IMG/VR virus record: IMGVR_UViG_3300028802_000007
Coordinates: 66,936-130,935 of that record
Length of the DNA: 64,000 nucleotides
From: a virus
Strand: one strand, 5' to 3'
Below the pieces are notes generated by a model that did not search any database, was not told the origin of the DNA, and saw only the letters and a list, made by a program, of their open reading frames with translations. Made by a program: the position numbers and the translations under genes. Shown here in pieces: positions 55,401-64,000 of this stretch. Position 1 is the stretch's first letter, and every line of letters starts with the position of its first letter.

Positions 55401-58400
55401 GGCTTCCGCTCCGCCACCAGCCTTGGTGACGTTCTGGATCTTGCGGATGTCCTCCGGGTCAGTGCCCGGCGGGACGGCGACGCCGCCGATATTCTGGAAG
55501 CCAGCCTGGGCATGGCGCAGGGCACCGACGTATGGCACCGCCCACTTGGGGATGATGACGCCGTCCTGCTCCGGGGCGAAGAAGCTGTTGGCGGGCTTGT
55601 TGATCATCCCCGTCTGAGCGCCGTCGCGGGCGTGGGGGATGCGATCCATCACGAACTTGGGGATGAGGTGGGCATCCTTGTTGGCGACGAAGCCCTCGCT
55701 GTTGTCGCCCTGCTCGTTGATGATGTACAGCCCGCGACCGGTGGGCCCACCGGCGGCGTGGCCCTTGATGCTCCTGCCCTGATGGCGGGCGAGCGCCATC
55801 GAGCGCAGGATGCCGCTGATCTCAGGCTCGTCCTGCATGCCGGGCAACGAGACGCGGGGCTTGCCAGCCTCCGGGCCGCGCCACTGCTCGTCGGTGATGT
55901 GCCGCTGGTAGCCCGCCATCTGGGAGCCCCAGCCGTACTCGCCGGACATGATGTCGAGCCAGTCCTGGTCGCCCTTGTACCAAGGCGACATGCGGGCCGG
56001 GACTTCGGCCAGCGGCGGACCGGCGAAGTCACGGGCCACCCGCCCACCACGGGCCCGATGCTGCTTCTGCTGCTGCGCCTGCCACGCCATCATCGCCATG
56101 TACGGGTCGCTGGCCCAATCGGCTCCGGTCTGGAAGACGGCCTTGGCGAAGGGACCGCTCGCCATGACCGGCCCGCCCGAGGCACGCGGCATCGCACGTC
56201 CGGTCTTGGTGTCGAAGCGGAAGTACTTGACCGCTTCCTTGTTCAGGTCACGGATGGTGCCCCACGGCTCAGCCTGCGCCTCTCGAGGGTCGATCGCCCG
56301 ACGCTTGGCGAGCTCGTTGATGGTGAAGATGCTGGCTCGCCGGACAGCCGGCTGGGGCACGTCCTTGCCGATCCAGTCCTTGCCACGCAGCGCCTGCATG
56401 AGTTCCATCGCGGTCTTCGGCGCGGGGATGCCGGTCTTCATGCCGAGCGTCGTGATGCGTCCCATCCAGCGGTCGATGGGGAAGGCGTTGGGATCGTAGA
56501 AGGCGTCCGCGAAGGGCAGGCGCTTGACGCCTGTCACCCGCTTGCCAGCGAGGATCGCCTCGACCATCTCGAGCTGCTCGCGGTTGGCGAAGCCCGCCGG
56601 ACCCTGCCCCTGCACCGCACGGATGGCTTGGATGCCAGCGGCGACGTTGCGGTCCCATGGCTGGTTCGATGACAGGGCAGCGACGACGTCCACGAGCTGG
56701 TGCCCGCTGACACCGCCGAGCTTCCCTGCTTCGGACTCGATCTTGCCGCGCTCGATGTCGTAGAAGGCCCGGTGCATGCCTGTCGCGGCCCGGGTCTGGC
56801 CGATGTCGGTCAGGGCATCGAGCACCGCGTTGCCACGGTTGACCATGGCGAACTCGTTCGGGGCGACCTTGATGCGGCCAGAGCCGCCCATCATCAGGCT
56901 GTGCTGGACGGCCCACTCGCCGTAGGCCTTCGCCGCCTTGGCCTCGCCACCAGCCGCCATCCGGCAGCCACCGTTGGCGTGGACTGCACCGCCCGCGCAG
57001 CGGTGCATGTTGGGGTTGAAGTTCTCGCTGAGCGACATCTCCTCGCGGAGTTCCTGCGCCTTCGCGTCGTTCTTCTGGATGACGTCAATCGCCTGACGGA
57101 TGAAGGACCCCATCTTCTTGCCGCCCATGGGGTCTTCCGGCCACTGCGTGGCGAAGCTGCCTTCGGGCAAGTGGTAGCCCATCGGGTCATACACATCGAC
57201 GGCTGCGTGCAGCGACTCCCGGGAGGCCCCGACGAGACGGTTGATCTGGGCCATCGTGGGCAGCCGAGTCATCTCAGCGCCGACGGTGTGGAGCGGTCCG
57301 CCGCGAGCACCGGACGTCCCCCACACCCGGATGAAGCCCATCGACTTCATCTTCTCGACGGCCTCGCCCTGATAGATGCCGGGCAGGATCTCGCTGGCTT
57401 GGACGTGGTCTACGCCGCGCTGACCAGCGAGGTAGTCCTGGTCAGAGAGGTGGCTGTAGATCGGGTCACCCGCGCCGTAGCGCCCAGACCGCACGAAGCG
57501 ATCACCCTGACGCTCGTAGCCCTCCGACTCGTGACGACCGCTGAAGTCGAGGAACTTGCCAGACGGCGTGAGGTAGCCCGCCTCGCGGATGTTGTCGGTG
57601 ACACCGAAGTGCTCGATCGCGATGTTCTCGAGGTCTTCGGGGTTCTTGTAGCGGTTGACCTCTCCGCCACCAGCCCGGGCGACCGCCTTCATCGACAGCG
57701 GCGATCCGCACTTGAAGCACGACTTCCGGGGAGCGCCCGACATGAGCGACCAGTTGACGAGCTTGCACGACGGGCAGGCGACGGGCTGCATCGGCGCTCC
57801 GCCGCTGCGATAGACCCCTCCACCTCGAGCACGGTGGCGAGCTCGCCACGAGTTGGCGACGAACTGGTCGTAGCCCTGCGTCATGTCCTCGTAGCCGGAG
57901 TCGCCGCGCATGCCCGAGATCGTGGAGCCGATCTGGCGCATGACCCGACCCGGGCTCTCCTCACCGGCCCGCTCCTCCATGTAACGGGTGTGGTGCATCC
58001 ACGGCTCGAGGTGGGAGGCGAAGCGACGAGGGCTGACGTTGCGCCCGACGCCCATGTTGCTCGACGGCCCGCCGATGGTGTACGGATCGCTGGGGCGACG
58101 TCCCATCCCGAACCAGCGGGACGGGAGGTGCGCCTCGACGGCGTAGCCAGACTCGTAGGGCGTGTTGGTGAACCAGTTCATGTCCGGCTCGCCGTACAGG
58201 TGGCCCTGCGTCTTCGACATCTGAAGACCGCCCCGACGGATCGACGCCAGGTTCGCGGCCATCTGGCTGGTGTCGCTGCCGCTCGTGCGGTGGTAGCCCC
58301 TAACGTAGCCCTCGCGCAGGGGTGCTGTGCCCAACGCTGGCGGCATGCTCGAGCCCGGCGGGAGCATCGGCACCCGCGCACCCTTCAGGGCGTGCTGGAT

Positions 58401-59045
58401 GCGTCCCTGACGCTGCTGGATCTGGTACTCGAGGGCGGCGAGCTCAGCGGCGCGGCGGCGGTACTCGGCCACGTCGCGCTCGATGAAGCCCGTGGCCCCG
58501 GGCCGGAAGACCTCAGGCCGCCCACCGTCACCGACGACGACCGGACGCCCTGACGAGACGGGCCCGCCGTGGGCTCGCTTGGGGAGGATCTGCTCGATGG
58601 CCTGTCGGGCGAGGGTCTGGCCCTTCTGCGGGCTCACACCACCGAGCGACGAGAAGACGGTGCCGATGATGGCCTGCGGGCTGTTGGGCCCGCTCTTGGG
58701 GAACTGAGCGGAGATCTGGACCGGGATGACGCCGAGGCCCTGGGTGATCTTCGTCCGCATCGCGGCGATGGAGCGAGCGTCCACGTCGATCGGAACGTGG
58801 ACGGTCTGGATGCCGGTGGAGGCGGCCTTGAGGGCGGCCTGAAGCTGGGCAGGCTCGACCGCCACCGTGAGGGTGGTCGGGGTCTGGCCTGCCCCTGCCT
58901 TGGCCGTAGCAGCACCAGACGCGGCCTTCGCCGCCTGCTGCTGGAACGTATTCAGCTTGCCCTGGGCCGTCCCCAGACCGGAGTTGAAGCTGGACGCATC
59001 AAGCGACAGCTTCACTCCGATATTGCTGACTTCCTCGTTCGCCAC
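52431..59045 (-). CDS. tape measure protein with inserted enzyme-like domains
   Basis: IGVKLSLDASSFNSGL N-terminus, Ala/Gln helical body, VGEAGPE and VTVNLNLTVQGD C-terminal motifs; follows the tail assembly chaperone. Confidence 0.88.
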   Translation of the reverse strand: MANEEVSNIGVKLSLDASSFNSGLGTAQGKLNTFQQQAAKAASGAATAKAGAGQTPTTLTVAVEPAQLQAALKAASTGIQTVHVPIDVDARSIAAMRTKITQGLGVIPVQISAQFPKSGPNSPQAIIGTVFSSLGGVSPQKGQTLARQAIEQILPKRAHGGPVSSGRPVVVGDGGRPEVFRPGATGFIERDVAEYRRRAAELAALEYQIQQRQGRIQHALKGARVPMLPPGSSMPPALGTAPLREGYVRGYHRTSGSDTSQMAANLASIRRGGLQMSKTQGHLYGEPDMNWFTNTPYESGYAVEAHLPSRWFGMGRRPSDPYTIGGPSSNMGVGRNVSPRRFASHLEPWMHHTRYMEERAGEESPGRVMRQIGSTISGMRGDSGYEDMTQGYDQFVANSWRARHRARGGGVYRSGGAPMQPVACPSCKLVNWSLMSGAPRKSCFKCGSPLSMKAVARAGGGEVNRYKNPEDLENIAIEHFGVTDNIREAGYLTPSGKFLDFSGRHESEGYERQGDRFVRSGRYGAGDPIYSHLSDQDYLAGQRGVDHVQASEILPGIYQGEAVEKMKSMGFIRVWGTSGARGGPLHTVGAEMTRLPTMAQINRLVGASRESLHAAVDVYDPMGYHLPEGSFATQWPEDPMGGKKMGSFIRQAIDVIQKNDAKAQELREEMSLSENFNPNMHRCAGGAVHANGGCRMAAGGEAKAAKAYGEWAVQHSLMMGGSGRIKVAPNEFAMVNRGNAVLDALTDIGQTRAATGMHRAFYDIERGKIESEAGKLGGVSGHQLVDVVAALSSNQPWDRNVAAGIQAIRAVQGQGPAGFANREQLEMVEAILAGKRVTGVKRLPFADAFYDPNAFPIDRWMGRITTLGMKTGIPAPKTAMELMQALRGKDWIGKDVPQPAVRRASIFTINELAKRRAIDPREAQAEPWGTIRDLNKEAVKYFRFDTKTGRAMPRASGGPVMASGPFAKAVFQTGADWASDPYMAMMAWQAQQQKQHRARGGRVARDFAGPPLAEVPARMSPWYKGDQDWLDIMSGEYGWGSQMAGYQRHITDEQWRGPEAGKPRVSLPGMQDEPEISGILRSMALARHQGRSIKGHAAGGPTGRGLYIINEQGDNSEGFVANKDAHLIPKFVMDRIPHARDGAQTGMINKPANSFFAPEQDGVIIPKWAVPYVGALRHAQAGFQNIGGVAVPPGTDPEDIRKIQNVTKAGGGAEATAQMYGYQTWAEHISEMARSAERAGPSRGRDIPTAPRRNIAQDLAEGRAGIGKELPSRTAQGAVASVASFLFGGVQQLGQAQVRRAQAEQGYSKSLRIVNSQLQTYKGTLTEYRDAIAAVGKTTEEGTALDVARTDYIARAKPKLQEAIALEKERGEALERADVEARPTQAGIVKNIGVIIAATSAYGMAMQAAGAIITPAVEGSVQALKDFGDQLGGFSTTGARVTKGLGEQLNQAGGNLDKVFGDVGLQTRMSVGFSMFLEKTLGGSVTAKAAAANQGQQSELFRAALGVGNNNVASGLYGGYGGVGGTSFLASQLGGGKGFMEQIAGDVSAFAGPRGGLNPEDLGTGLLFAQNQQFRDYVTGKAKEQGNPLGVAADIVGTGGDILRGAGPLVGTAAQFLFPKTGPSPQSAGGAVGFQNPALIGKGGADIEGITKYLENLGEEAKRGAQALGQVSKYSYQLAKDQAQLDAGTTAAAKSGDAYAVSMATNGVVLVDATGKVAQSAEDFQTTTRQMAKGATIPDMATYIQSQAQSLRAGFEMVAAQAAHQLEVGIPGQLGMQLAAQPFMEATAGVLPPGMSAADVAKKTGTVAGFDVGKTLADTQALQDQLAQQGRDALKELSNWIGSQPGMQGTYTSGQQTFGSAQEAFDSFTKDMGDAGAAITQWQTKIAGIQTQQQWAQFSNNLRLSNRAYADALALAGRGGGGRGSRGEMGGLERQQAMLGFGLAQKQINFQTALAGFQAPGLTSEERAARQAQAQAEAKVAQQQLNIQKREFTVGAGRGVEDTGAALKLLKSEQAAQTAIAAAQKAIAAQQIKLSQAQAKAQVVQMKAENSFTTVLQSAATYAGQFGGAVQAAVKTIYTSLGFSQTKSGRWVQTNPMPTVGGTSSGGTSGGGGFANGYLGRFARGATMTVGEAGPETVAILRNPTTQMMGGGGGGGPVTVNLNLTVQGDVSGDATIEKIVRAVEASFNRKAARLGMRGLVSATG

Positions 59046-59062
59046 GGGGCACCCCGTCGGTG

Positions 59063-59284
59063 CTACACCGCCTCTCCCTTGAGAGACTTAGCGTTGAGAT
59101 CAAAACCTTCTAGCCCTGCGAACCCGTCGTCGTCTTCGGCGGGAGCGACGGCCTGGCTTTCGATCCAGTCCTCGCGCAAGGCTAGGTAGTAGTGAAAAGG
59201 GAGCGCCGCCACCTCGTGAGGCCATCGTCCGTATCGCACGGCGATGCGGAAGATGATCTGACGGGTGGTCAGGCGGCGTTTCCC
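59063..59284 (-). CDS. tail assembly chaperone -1 frameshift extension (gpT-like)
   Basis: Slippery G-GGA-AAC at 59284-59278; -1 frame reads KRRLTTRQIIFRIAVRYGRWPHEVAALPFHYYLAL...GEAV*. Confidence 0.75.
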   Translation of the reverse strand, partial: GKRRLTTRQIIFRIAVRYGRWPHEVAALPFHYYLALREDWIESQAVAPAEDDDGFAGLEGFDLNAKSLKGEAV

Positions 59285-59652
59285 GTGGCCGTTCCTTCCT
59301 CGACGTCACCGTCGGTCTCGTCGGCCTTCTTCTCTTCCTCAGGCTCGTCGCCGTAGTGCATCCGGTTGACGGTCGAGTTGAACTTCATGACGACCCGCAT
59401 CGGCAGGGCGGCGAGCGCCTCCGCGCTGAGCTTCGGATCGTACGAACACTTGGTGACCATCATCTTGAGGAGGACGGCGTTGTCGATCATCTCGTCCTCG
59501 CCACCCAGCGGGTTCGGACGCTTGGTCGTCGCCTTCTTGACGAGCTCGTCGTAGTCCCCGATGGAGAGCTCGCGGAAGTGGTAGGACACGCCACGGGCGC
59601 TGACCTCTTCCTCGAGGAAGTCGGGCGTGAGCGGCTGCACCTTAGATGTCAT
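59269..59652 (-). CDS. tail assembly chaperone (gpG-like)
   Basis: FRELSIGDYDEL; position between tail tube and tape measure. Confidence 0.75.
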   Translation of the reverse strand: MTSKVQPLTPDFLEEEVSARGVSYHFRELSIGDYDELVKKATTKRPNPLGGEDEMIDNAVLLKMMVTKCSYDPKLSAEALAALPMRVVMKFNSTVNRMHYGDEPEEEKKADETDGDVEEGTATGNAA

Positions 59653-59971
59653 CGAGAGTTACTCCTTCGATCAGTAGGCTCGACCCCTGACGCACCGTCG
59701 CGTAACCTGGGGCCTGAGTGAGCCTGAACTGCTTATGCGGGGTGAGGTTGACCACCACCCGCTTGGTGTACTCGGGGTCGTCCCAAAGGGCGTCCGAGAC
59801 GAACGAAAACGCGGCGCGGAGATCGTAGAGATCGGCATCCCGACCCTCGTCTCCTCGCCGCGTGAGTGTCCAGTTCGCGAACTCCCCGACCTTGGCTCCA
59901 AGGAAGGGAACGTCCACGATCCCGGCGGGCTTGTACGTCCCCGACCGGAGCAGTTTGAAGAGATACGCCAT
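59642..59971 (-). CDS. hypothetical tail-associated protein
   Basis: Start MAYLFK after GAGGA. Confidence 0.55.
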   Translation of the reverse strand: MAYLFKLLRSGTYKPAGIVDVPFLGAKVGEFANWTLTRRGDEGRDADLYDLRAAFSFVSDALWDDPEYTKRVVVNLTPHKQFRLTQAPGYATVRQGSSLLIEGVTLDDI

Positions 59972-60057
59972 GTGGTCCTCGAACGTTCGGGCAGGAAAGG
60001 CCGGCAAGCCGGGAGAGGCCGATGACGCGACCTCGCCTGCCCGAGATAGTACGGGGC

Positions 60058-60489
60058 CTAGTTACCGGTCGTGAAGACCGTCCACGCGCCAGCCGCCCGG
60101 AAGTTACCGGTCGTCTTGATCGCGTCCGTGTTGCTCGCGGTGATGGCCGCATCCACCAGACCCAGCCCGTTGGCAACGAGCAGGACCGTGCCGCCGTTCG
60201 TGCCATCGTCGGCGTAGAGGTAGATGTTGATCGAGTCGGAGTTCGCCGCGTTGACCTGATAGTCACCCGACGTGTCCAACAGACCGGCGAAGGTGCCCTG
60301 GATGTCCTTCAGACCGACGAGGTACGTCTTGTTCGTGTCACCGAAGACAGTCGCATCGACGTAGTCGCGGTTGAGGTTCAGCGTCCATTCGGTCTTGGTG
60401 GTGACTTTCGTCCCCGTCCCAACACCGCCGCCGAAGTAGATGGCACCATTCTTACCGTGGAGCTTGTGGCCCAGACCGGGTCCAGCCAT
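60058..60489 (-). CDS. major tail (tube) protein
   Basis: HGKNG..EWTLNLNRDYVDATVFGD..KTYLVGLKDIQGTF; strong RBS. Confidence 0.8.
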   Translation of the reverse strand: MAGPGLGHKLHGKNGAIYFGGGVGTGTKVTTKTEWTLNLNRDYVDATVFGDTNKTYLVGLKDIQGTFAGLLDTSGDYQVNAANSDSINIYLYADDGTNGGTVLLVANGLGLVDAAITASNTDAIKTTGNFRAAGAWTVFTTGN

Positions 60490-60516
60490 GTGTTAGCTCC
60501 TTCAGGAGTTGAGTGG

Positions 60517-60936
60517 TTACAGGGGCTGGTCGGTCCAGATGGAGTACGACCCGCCGACCTGGTAGATGCGCTTGCCCTGCGAGTCAACATCTGGCCCCGT
60601 TGGCAGATCGCTGACGCGTCGGCAAAGCATGTTGGTCTGCCCGTCCACCGAAAGCACAGCCTCGTCGAGTGCCCCGGAGATGAGCGCGTCGATGTTGTTG
60701 GCATCGACGGGGTTCACCGCGAAGGTCGAGACGTCGATCAACGTGTGGTACTGGAAGCCGTCCCACTGGTATTCCCGTGGGGCAGCGGCCATGAGGTACA
60801 CGACGAACGGGTACTTGACCTTGCGGGGAGCGACGCCCTCGTGGATGCCGCCTGCGATGGCGGCCATGAGGGGAGCAGAAGCACGAAGCTGCTGCACCAC
60901 CGCTCGCTTGATGGGAGCGGCTGTAGACGTTGCCAT
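60517..60936 (-). CDS. tail terminator (DUF3168-like)
   Basis: GGIHEGVAPRKVKYPFVVY; position. Confidence 0.75.
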   Translation of the reverse strand: MATSTAAPIKRAVVQQLRASAPLMAAIAGGIHEGVAPRKVKYPFVVYLMAAAPREYQWDGFQYHTLIDVSTFAVNPVDANNIDALISGALDEAVLSVDGQTNMLCRRVSDLPTGPDVDSQGKRIYQVGGSYSIWTDQPL

Positions 60937-60947
60937 CTAGGCCCCCT

Positions 60948-61670
60948 TCATATCCGCACCACGATCTCGATCTCCGTTGACTGGCCTCCGGTGCGGGCGG
61001 CCTCTCGAACGGCGTCAGCGATGAGCCTGACGACCTCACTGCGGCTCTCCTCAGCAGCCGGGCGAAGGAAGGGGTGGGCTGCGTTGTGGCGCGTCCCGAA
61101 CTCCTGGAACTTCGCGTACGGCGCTGTGGCGATGACCCATGCCTCCGCCGACACCTTCGATGCACTCGCAGGCTTGGCGGAGATGCTGCCCCTGAGACGC
61201 CCGCCGATACCGGCGTGCCCCCAGGTCGAGAACTGAGCCCGCATGGTGCGGACCTCATATGCCCCCTTGCGGTCGAGGGCTGTCTTCTGCCCGATGTAGC
61301 CCTTCGTCCGGCGACGCGTCATCTCAGCGTCGTACTGGGCGAGGAGCTCCGCCGAAGCCGCCAGCCGGCGCTCGCGCCAGTGGACCGGCGGCTTGCGTCC
61401 GATGGCCTTCTGGAGCCACACCCCCGGCACATCGCCGGGCTGGGTGACGGACGCTCGCGGTGAGCCTGTGCGGAGGGCCCTGTCCCTGACCGACCGCTCG
61501 CCCTCGATCTCATCGATGCTCTTGAAGCGGATGTGGTAGCCGCCCCCGGCGAAGATGTGGCGGACAGGTGCCTTCGCTCGAGCCAGGGTGGCGACCCTGC
61601 GGGCCCCCAAGTCGAGGCCGTGGACAGCCGCCTCGAAGATGGCGTCCCCGAGCTCAGCGAGGTTGATCAT
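60948..61670 (-). CDS. HK97 gp10-like tail completion protein
   Basis: ARAKAPV...GRLRGSI...APYAKFQEFGTRHNAAHPFLRPA, with a long basic insertion. Confidence 0.8.
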   Translation of the reverse strand: MINLAELGDAIFEAAVHGLDLGARRVATLARAKAPVRHIFAGGGYHIRFKSIDEIEGERSVRDRALRTGSPRASVTQPGDVPGVWLQKAIGRKPPVHWRERRLAASAELLAQYDAEMTRRRTKGYIGQKTALDRKGAYEVRTMRAQFSTWGHAGIGGRLRGSISAKPASASKVSAEAWVIATAPYAKFQEFGTRHNAAHPFLRPAAEESRSEVVRLIADAVREAARTGGQSTEIEIVVRI

Positions 61671-62104
61671 TCACGCAGCCTCAGGTTGCAGTTGATGAGC
61701 GCCTTCCAGGTGTTCTCCTTGGTCGTGTCCGACACCGTGTAGGTCTCGCCCAGGAACTCGAGCTCGTCGCCCGGAAGGATGTCGGTCCCGACCGGGCAGC
61801 GGAACATGTAGGTGTTCACGGTGACGATCGCGCCCGTGTCCGCCGACTGGACCTGAGACGGCGTGCTGTAGAACCAACCCTTCACCCAGTGCCTGCGGCT
61901 GTCGCCTGTCGCGATGTACTCGAGGCCGTCGTCGCCGTAGGCGTTGGCCGGATCGGACGAGCTCTCGATGGGCGTCCGGCGGAGGACCGAGACGTCCTCG
62001 ATCATGCCCAGTCGGGCGATGTACTTGCTGATGTAGTCCACCTGTGCCGGGCTGAAGAACCGGTGGGTGGCCGGGTCCATTGGCGGCGGGCCGGAACTGG
62101 TCAT
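61667..62104 (-). CDS. head closure/head-tail adaptor
   Basis: PVGTDILPGDELEFLGETYTV motif; position. Confidence 0.7.
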   Translation of the reverse strand: MTSSGPPPMDPATHRFFSPAQVDYISKYIARLGMIEDVSVLRRTPIESSSDPANAYGDDGLEYIATGDSRRHWVKGWFYSTPSQVQSADTGAIVTVNTYMFRCPVGTDILPGDELEFLGETYTVSDTTKENTWKALINCNLRLRE

Positions 62105-63051
62105 CGCACCGAGACCCCATCAAAGCGGTAGCTGGCTAGCAGCGCCGCAGCGTCAGGGACAAGGACCTGGAGGTCCGCTGCCCGATCCGCGCTGGGAGCA
62201 GACCGGATGGTGGGCTTGGTCAGCTTGACCTCACCGATCTGGAGGCTCTCGAGCTGGGTCATGCCACGCGACCTGGTCTCCGACGCCCCGAACAGCCACG
62301 CCATGATGTGGCCCGCTGCCAGCGAGATCTCGTTGGGCAGCTTGTAGTGGTACGCCGCCGAGACCGTGTCGGTCGCCTCGAGGTTGGCGTCGAAGATGAC
62401 CGTGCCCTCGTCGTAGTTGATGGTGAAGCCGGTGGTGATGACCACTCCGTTCTTCTCGATGACCGGGGGCCCGCCGATGGGCACGCCCCACGCGTCCTCG
62501 CCGTCCTGATCCTCGTACCACCACTGGTTCGTGGCGGCCCACGTCTGGCCGTCCTCTGTCTGGAGCGTCTCACCGGGCTCCGTGAAGTCCCAGCCGTACT
62601 CGTAGTTGAAGCGCACCACCGGCGTGGCGAGCCCGATGTTCGGGACCACCAGGGCGTTGAACAGTCCGGCGGAGGTCAGAGCGAGGGAGACGACCTCGAC
62701 GTACCTCTGGCTGCTGTTGATGAACAGCCCCGTCGTGTCCACCTGGACGTACTGGGTGTTCGTGACGTAGATGCGGAACTGGCTCATCCGCTTCACCGGC
62801 CAGTGGAACGGGTAGGCCCGTCGCTGACCGATGTCGAAGTCGCTCTCCGGGTAGCGCCACGAGTGCTGCTCACCCGTGATGACGCCACCCCGGAAGTCAT
62901 GCTGCTGTGGCATGCGCGGGACGAGGCAGTAGTTGTTGACCCAAGTCGTCGCTTGGGCTGCGAGCGAAGCCCACGTCGCGGGATCGTGCTCGCTCATGTC
63001 GATACCGAAGCCCATCTTCCTGAACCGGTCATAAGTGATGTAGGCGGGCAT
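62101..63051 (-). CDS. head-tail connector protein
   Basis: YITYDRF..ATTWVNNYC..YEYGW..LPNEISLAA..LLASYR; first gene after capsid. Confidence 0.7.
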   Translation of the reverse strand: MPAYITYDRFRKMGFGIDMSEHDPATWASLAAQATTWVNNYCLVPRMPQQHDFRGGVITGEQHSWRYPESDFDIGQRRAYPFHWPVKRMSQFRIYVTNTQYVQVDTTGLFINSSQRYVEVVSLALTSAGLFNALVVPNIGLATPVVRFNYEYGWDFTEPGETLQTEDGQTWAATNQWWYEDQDGEDAWGVPIGGPPVIEKNGVVITTGFTINYDEGTVIFDANLEATDTVSAAYHYKLPNEISLAAGHIMAWLFGASETRSRGMTQLESLQIGEVKLTKPTIRSAPSADRAADLQVLVPDAAALLASYRFDGVSVR

Positions 63052-63072
63052 CGGAGCTCCTGAGAGATATAG

Positions 63073-63111
63073 AAGGAGCAGGGCGGGCGGGGGGACGCCG
63101 CCCTGCTCCTT
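63073..63111 (-). terminator. hairpin/terminator after the capsid gene
   Basis: AAGGAGCAGGGCGG / CCGCCCTGCTCCTT 14-bp inverted repeat; weak U tract. Confidence 0.55.
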
Positions 63112-63129
63112 GGTGTAAGCGAGAGAGGC

Positions 63130-63999
63130 CTAGACGACCTTCACCCGGACCTTGTTGTTCCACGGCAGGACCTTCACCGCGAGCCCGTTCATCAGGAAGA
63201 CGATGTACAGGTGGGTGAGCTGGCCCGAAATCCCGATGGGGATCTCGAGAACCGTGGGACCGGCGGTCCCGAGGTAGGGGAGCGTGATGCTCTCCTCGTC
63301 AAGGATGTACAGGTCGCGGACGTTGTTGCTCGAGTAAGTCGTCGCGACGTAATCGGAGATCGAGTCGCCCGGAACGACAGCCCACGGCAGCGGGCCGCCG
63401 ACGGTGTTGATCCGGTCGGCCACGACGCCGACGCCCAGCGAAACCTGCTCTTCTCCCGCAAGGATGCGGAAGTTCGGGTCCTGCTGCTGGTTGAAGGTGA
63501 TCTTCTCCTGAGGATGCGACCACAGGATGCTGGAGCGGCCACCGTTCTGGATGATCGGCAGGACAGCCGAGTCCACGACATTGCGGAAGTTGCCAGTGGT
63601 CGTCGGCGCGGTCGCCGGGTCGATGTTCTTTGCATCGCCCGTGTTGAGGAGCTGGCGCAGGCCGGTGAAGGCGTTGGCGTCGTAGAGCCCGAGCTCGTTG
63701 TCAGCCGTGCCGCCGGAGTCCGTCGCGTTGCCCTCGAAGATCGTGGTCTGCATGCGGTGCGCGATGCTCCGCAGGCCACCCTGAAGCTCGATCTGCTCCG
63801 GGTTGTAGTTCATCCCGCCTGCCATCACAGCGAACTGCGACTTGAGCGAGATGCCACGCCGGGTCGCCAGGATGGCGATGTTCGTGGTCTTGCGGACGTA
63901 GGTCGAGGTGTCGTCCGTGACGGTGCCGAGCTCCGCCATGAACTTCGCGTCGCCGTACGCGGTGATCTGGTTCCAGGCGTGGACGAGGCCGTTCGCCGG
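63130..63999 (-). CDS. major capsid protein (partial, starts beyond right edge)
   Basis: Open frame to the window edge; HAWNQIT..FMAE..TIFEGNA..FTGLRQL; upstream of connector genes. Confidence 0.75.
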   Translation of the reverse strand, partial: PANGLVHAWNQITAYGDAKFMAELGTVTDDTSTYVRKTTNIAILATRRGISLKSQFAVMAGGMNYNPEQIELQGGLRSIAHRMQTTIFEGNATDSGGTADNELGLYDANAFTGLRQLLNTGDAKNIDPATAPTTTGNFRNVVDSAVLPIIQNGGRSSILWSHPQEKITFNQQQDPNFRILAGEEQVSLGVGVVADRINTVGGPLPWAVVPGDSISDYVATTYSSNNVRDLYILDEESITLPYLGTAGPTVLEIPIGISGQLTHLYIVFLMNGLAVKVLPWNNKVRVKVV

Positions 64000-64000
64000 C

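Noticed and set aside
1-64000. Integrated prophage with att sites or host flanks
   Set aside because: No integrase, repressor cassette or host housekeeping genes were seen. Both edges fall inside virion genes on the same strand, consistent with a permuted phage contig.

Overview
A high-GC tailed (siphovirus-like) phage genome segment, probably most of a circularly permuted genome. The minus strand runs from the major capsid (cut at the right edge) through head-tail, tail tube, frameshifted chaperone, a 2204-aa tape measure, two large tail proteins and a holin/pilin block. On the left it carries small early genes, queD-like, terS/terL, portal, a sugar-epimerase/glycosyltransferase cluster and a LamG protein (cut at the left edge). 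The plus strand (19.2-43 kb) holds early genes, three C5 methyltransferases, exonuclease/ERF, primase, helicase, a likely origin, RusA, a SLOG protein and Ro60/TROVE. No integrase is seen. The most notable features are: (1) a promoter-driven array of five Y-RNA-like modules with a shared scaffold and different inserts (one a circularly permuted tRNA mimic) directly upstream of Ro60; (2) a candidate ~120-nt sRNA whose loop is the exact antisense of a GGAGGTCAACC ribosome-binding motif found before at least 10 phage genes; (3) eight covarying double-hairpin repeats that each start on a stop codon and end at an RBS, dividing the early region into cassettes; (4) enzyme-like modules inserted in the tape measure; (5) phage-encoded Flp pilin and TadE-like genes. 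All protein calls come from motif recognition by eye, and no database search or folding program was run.
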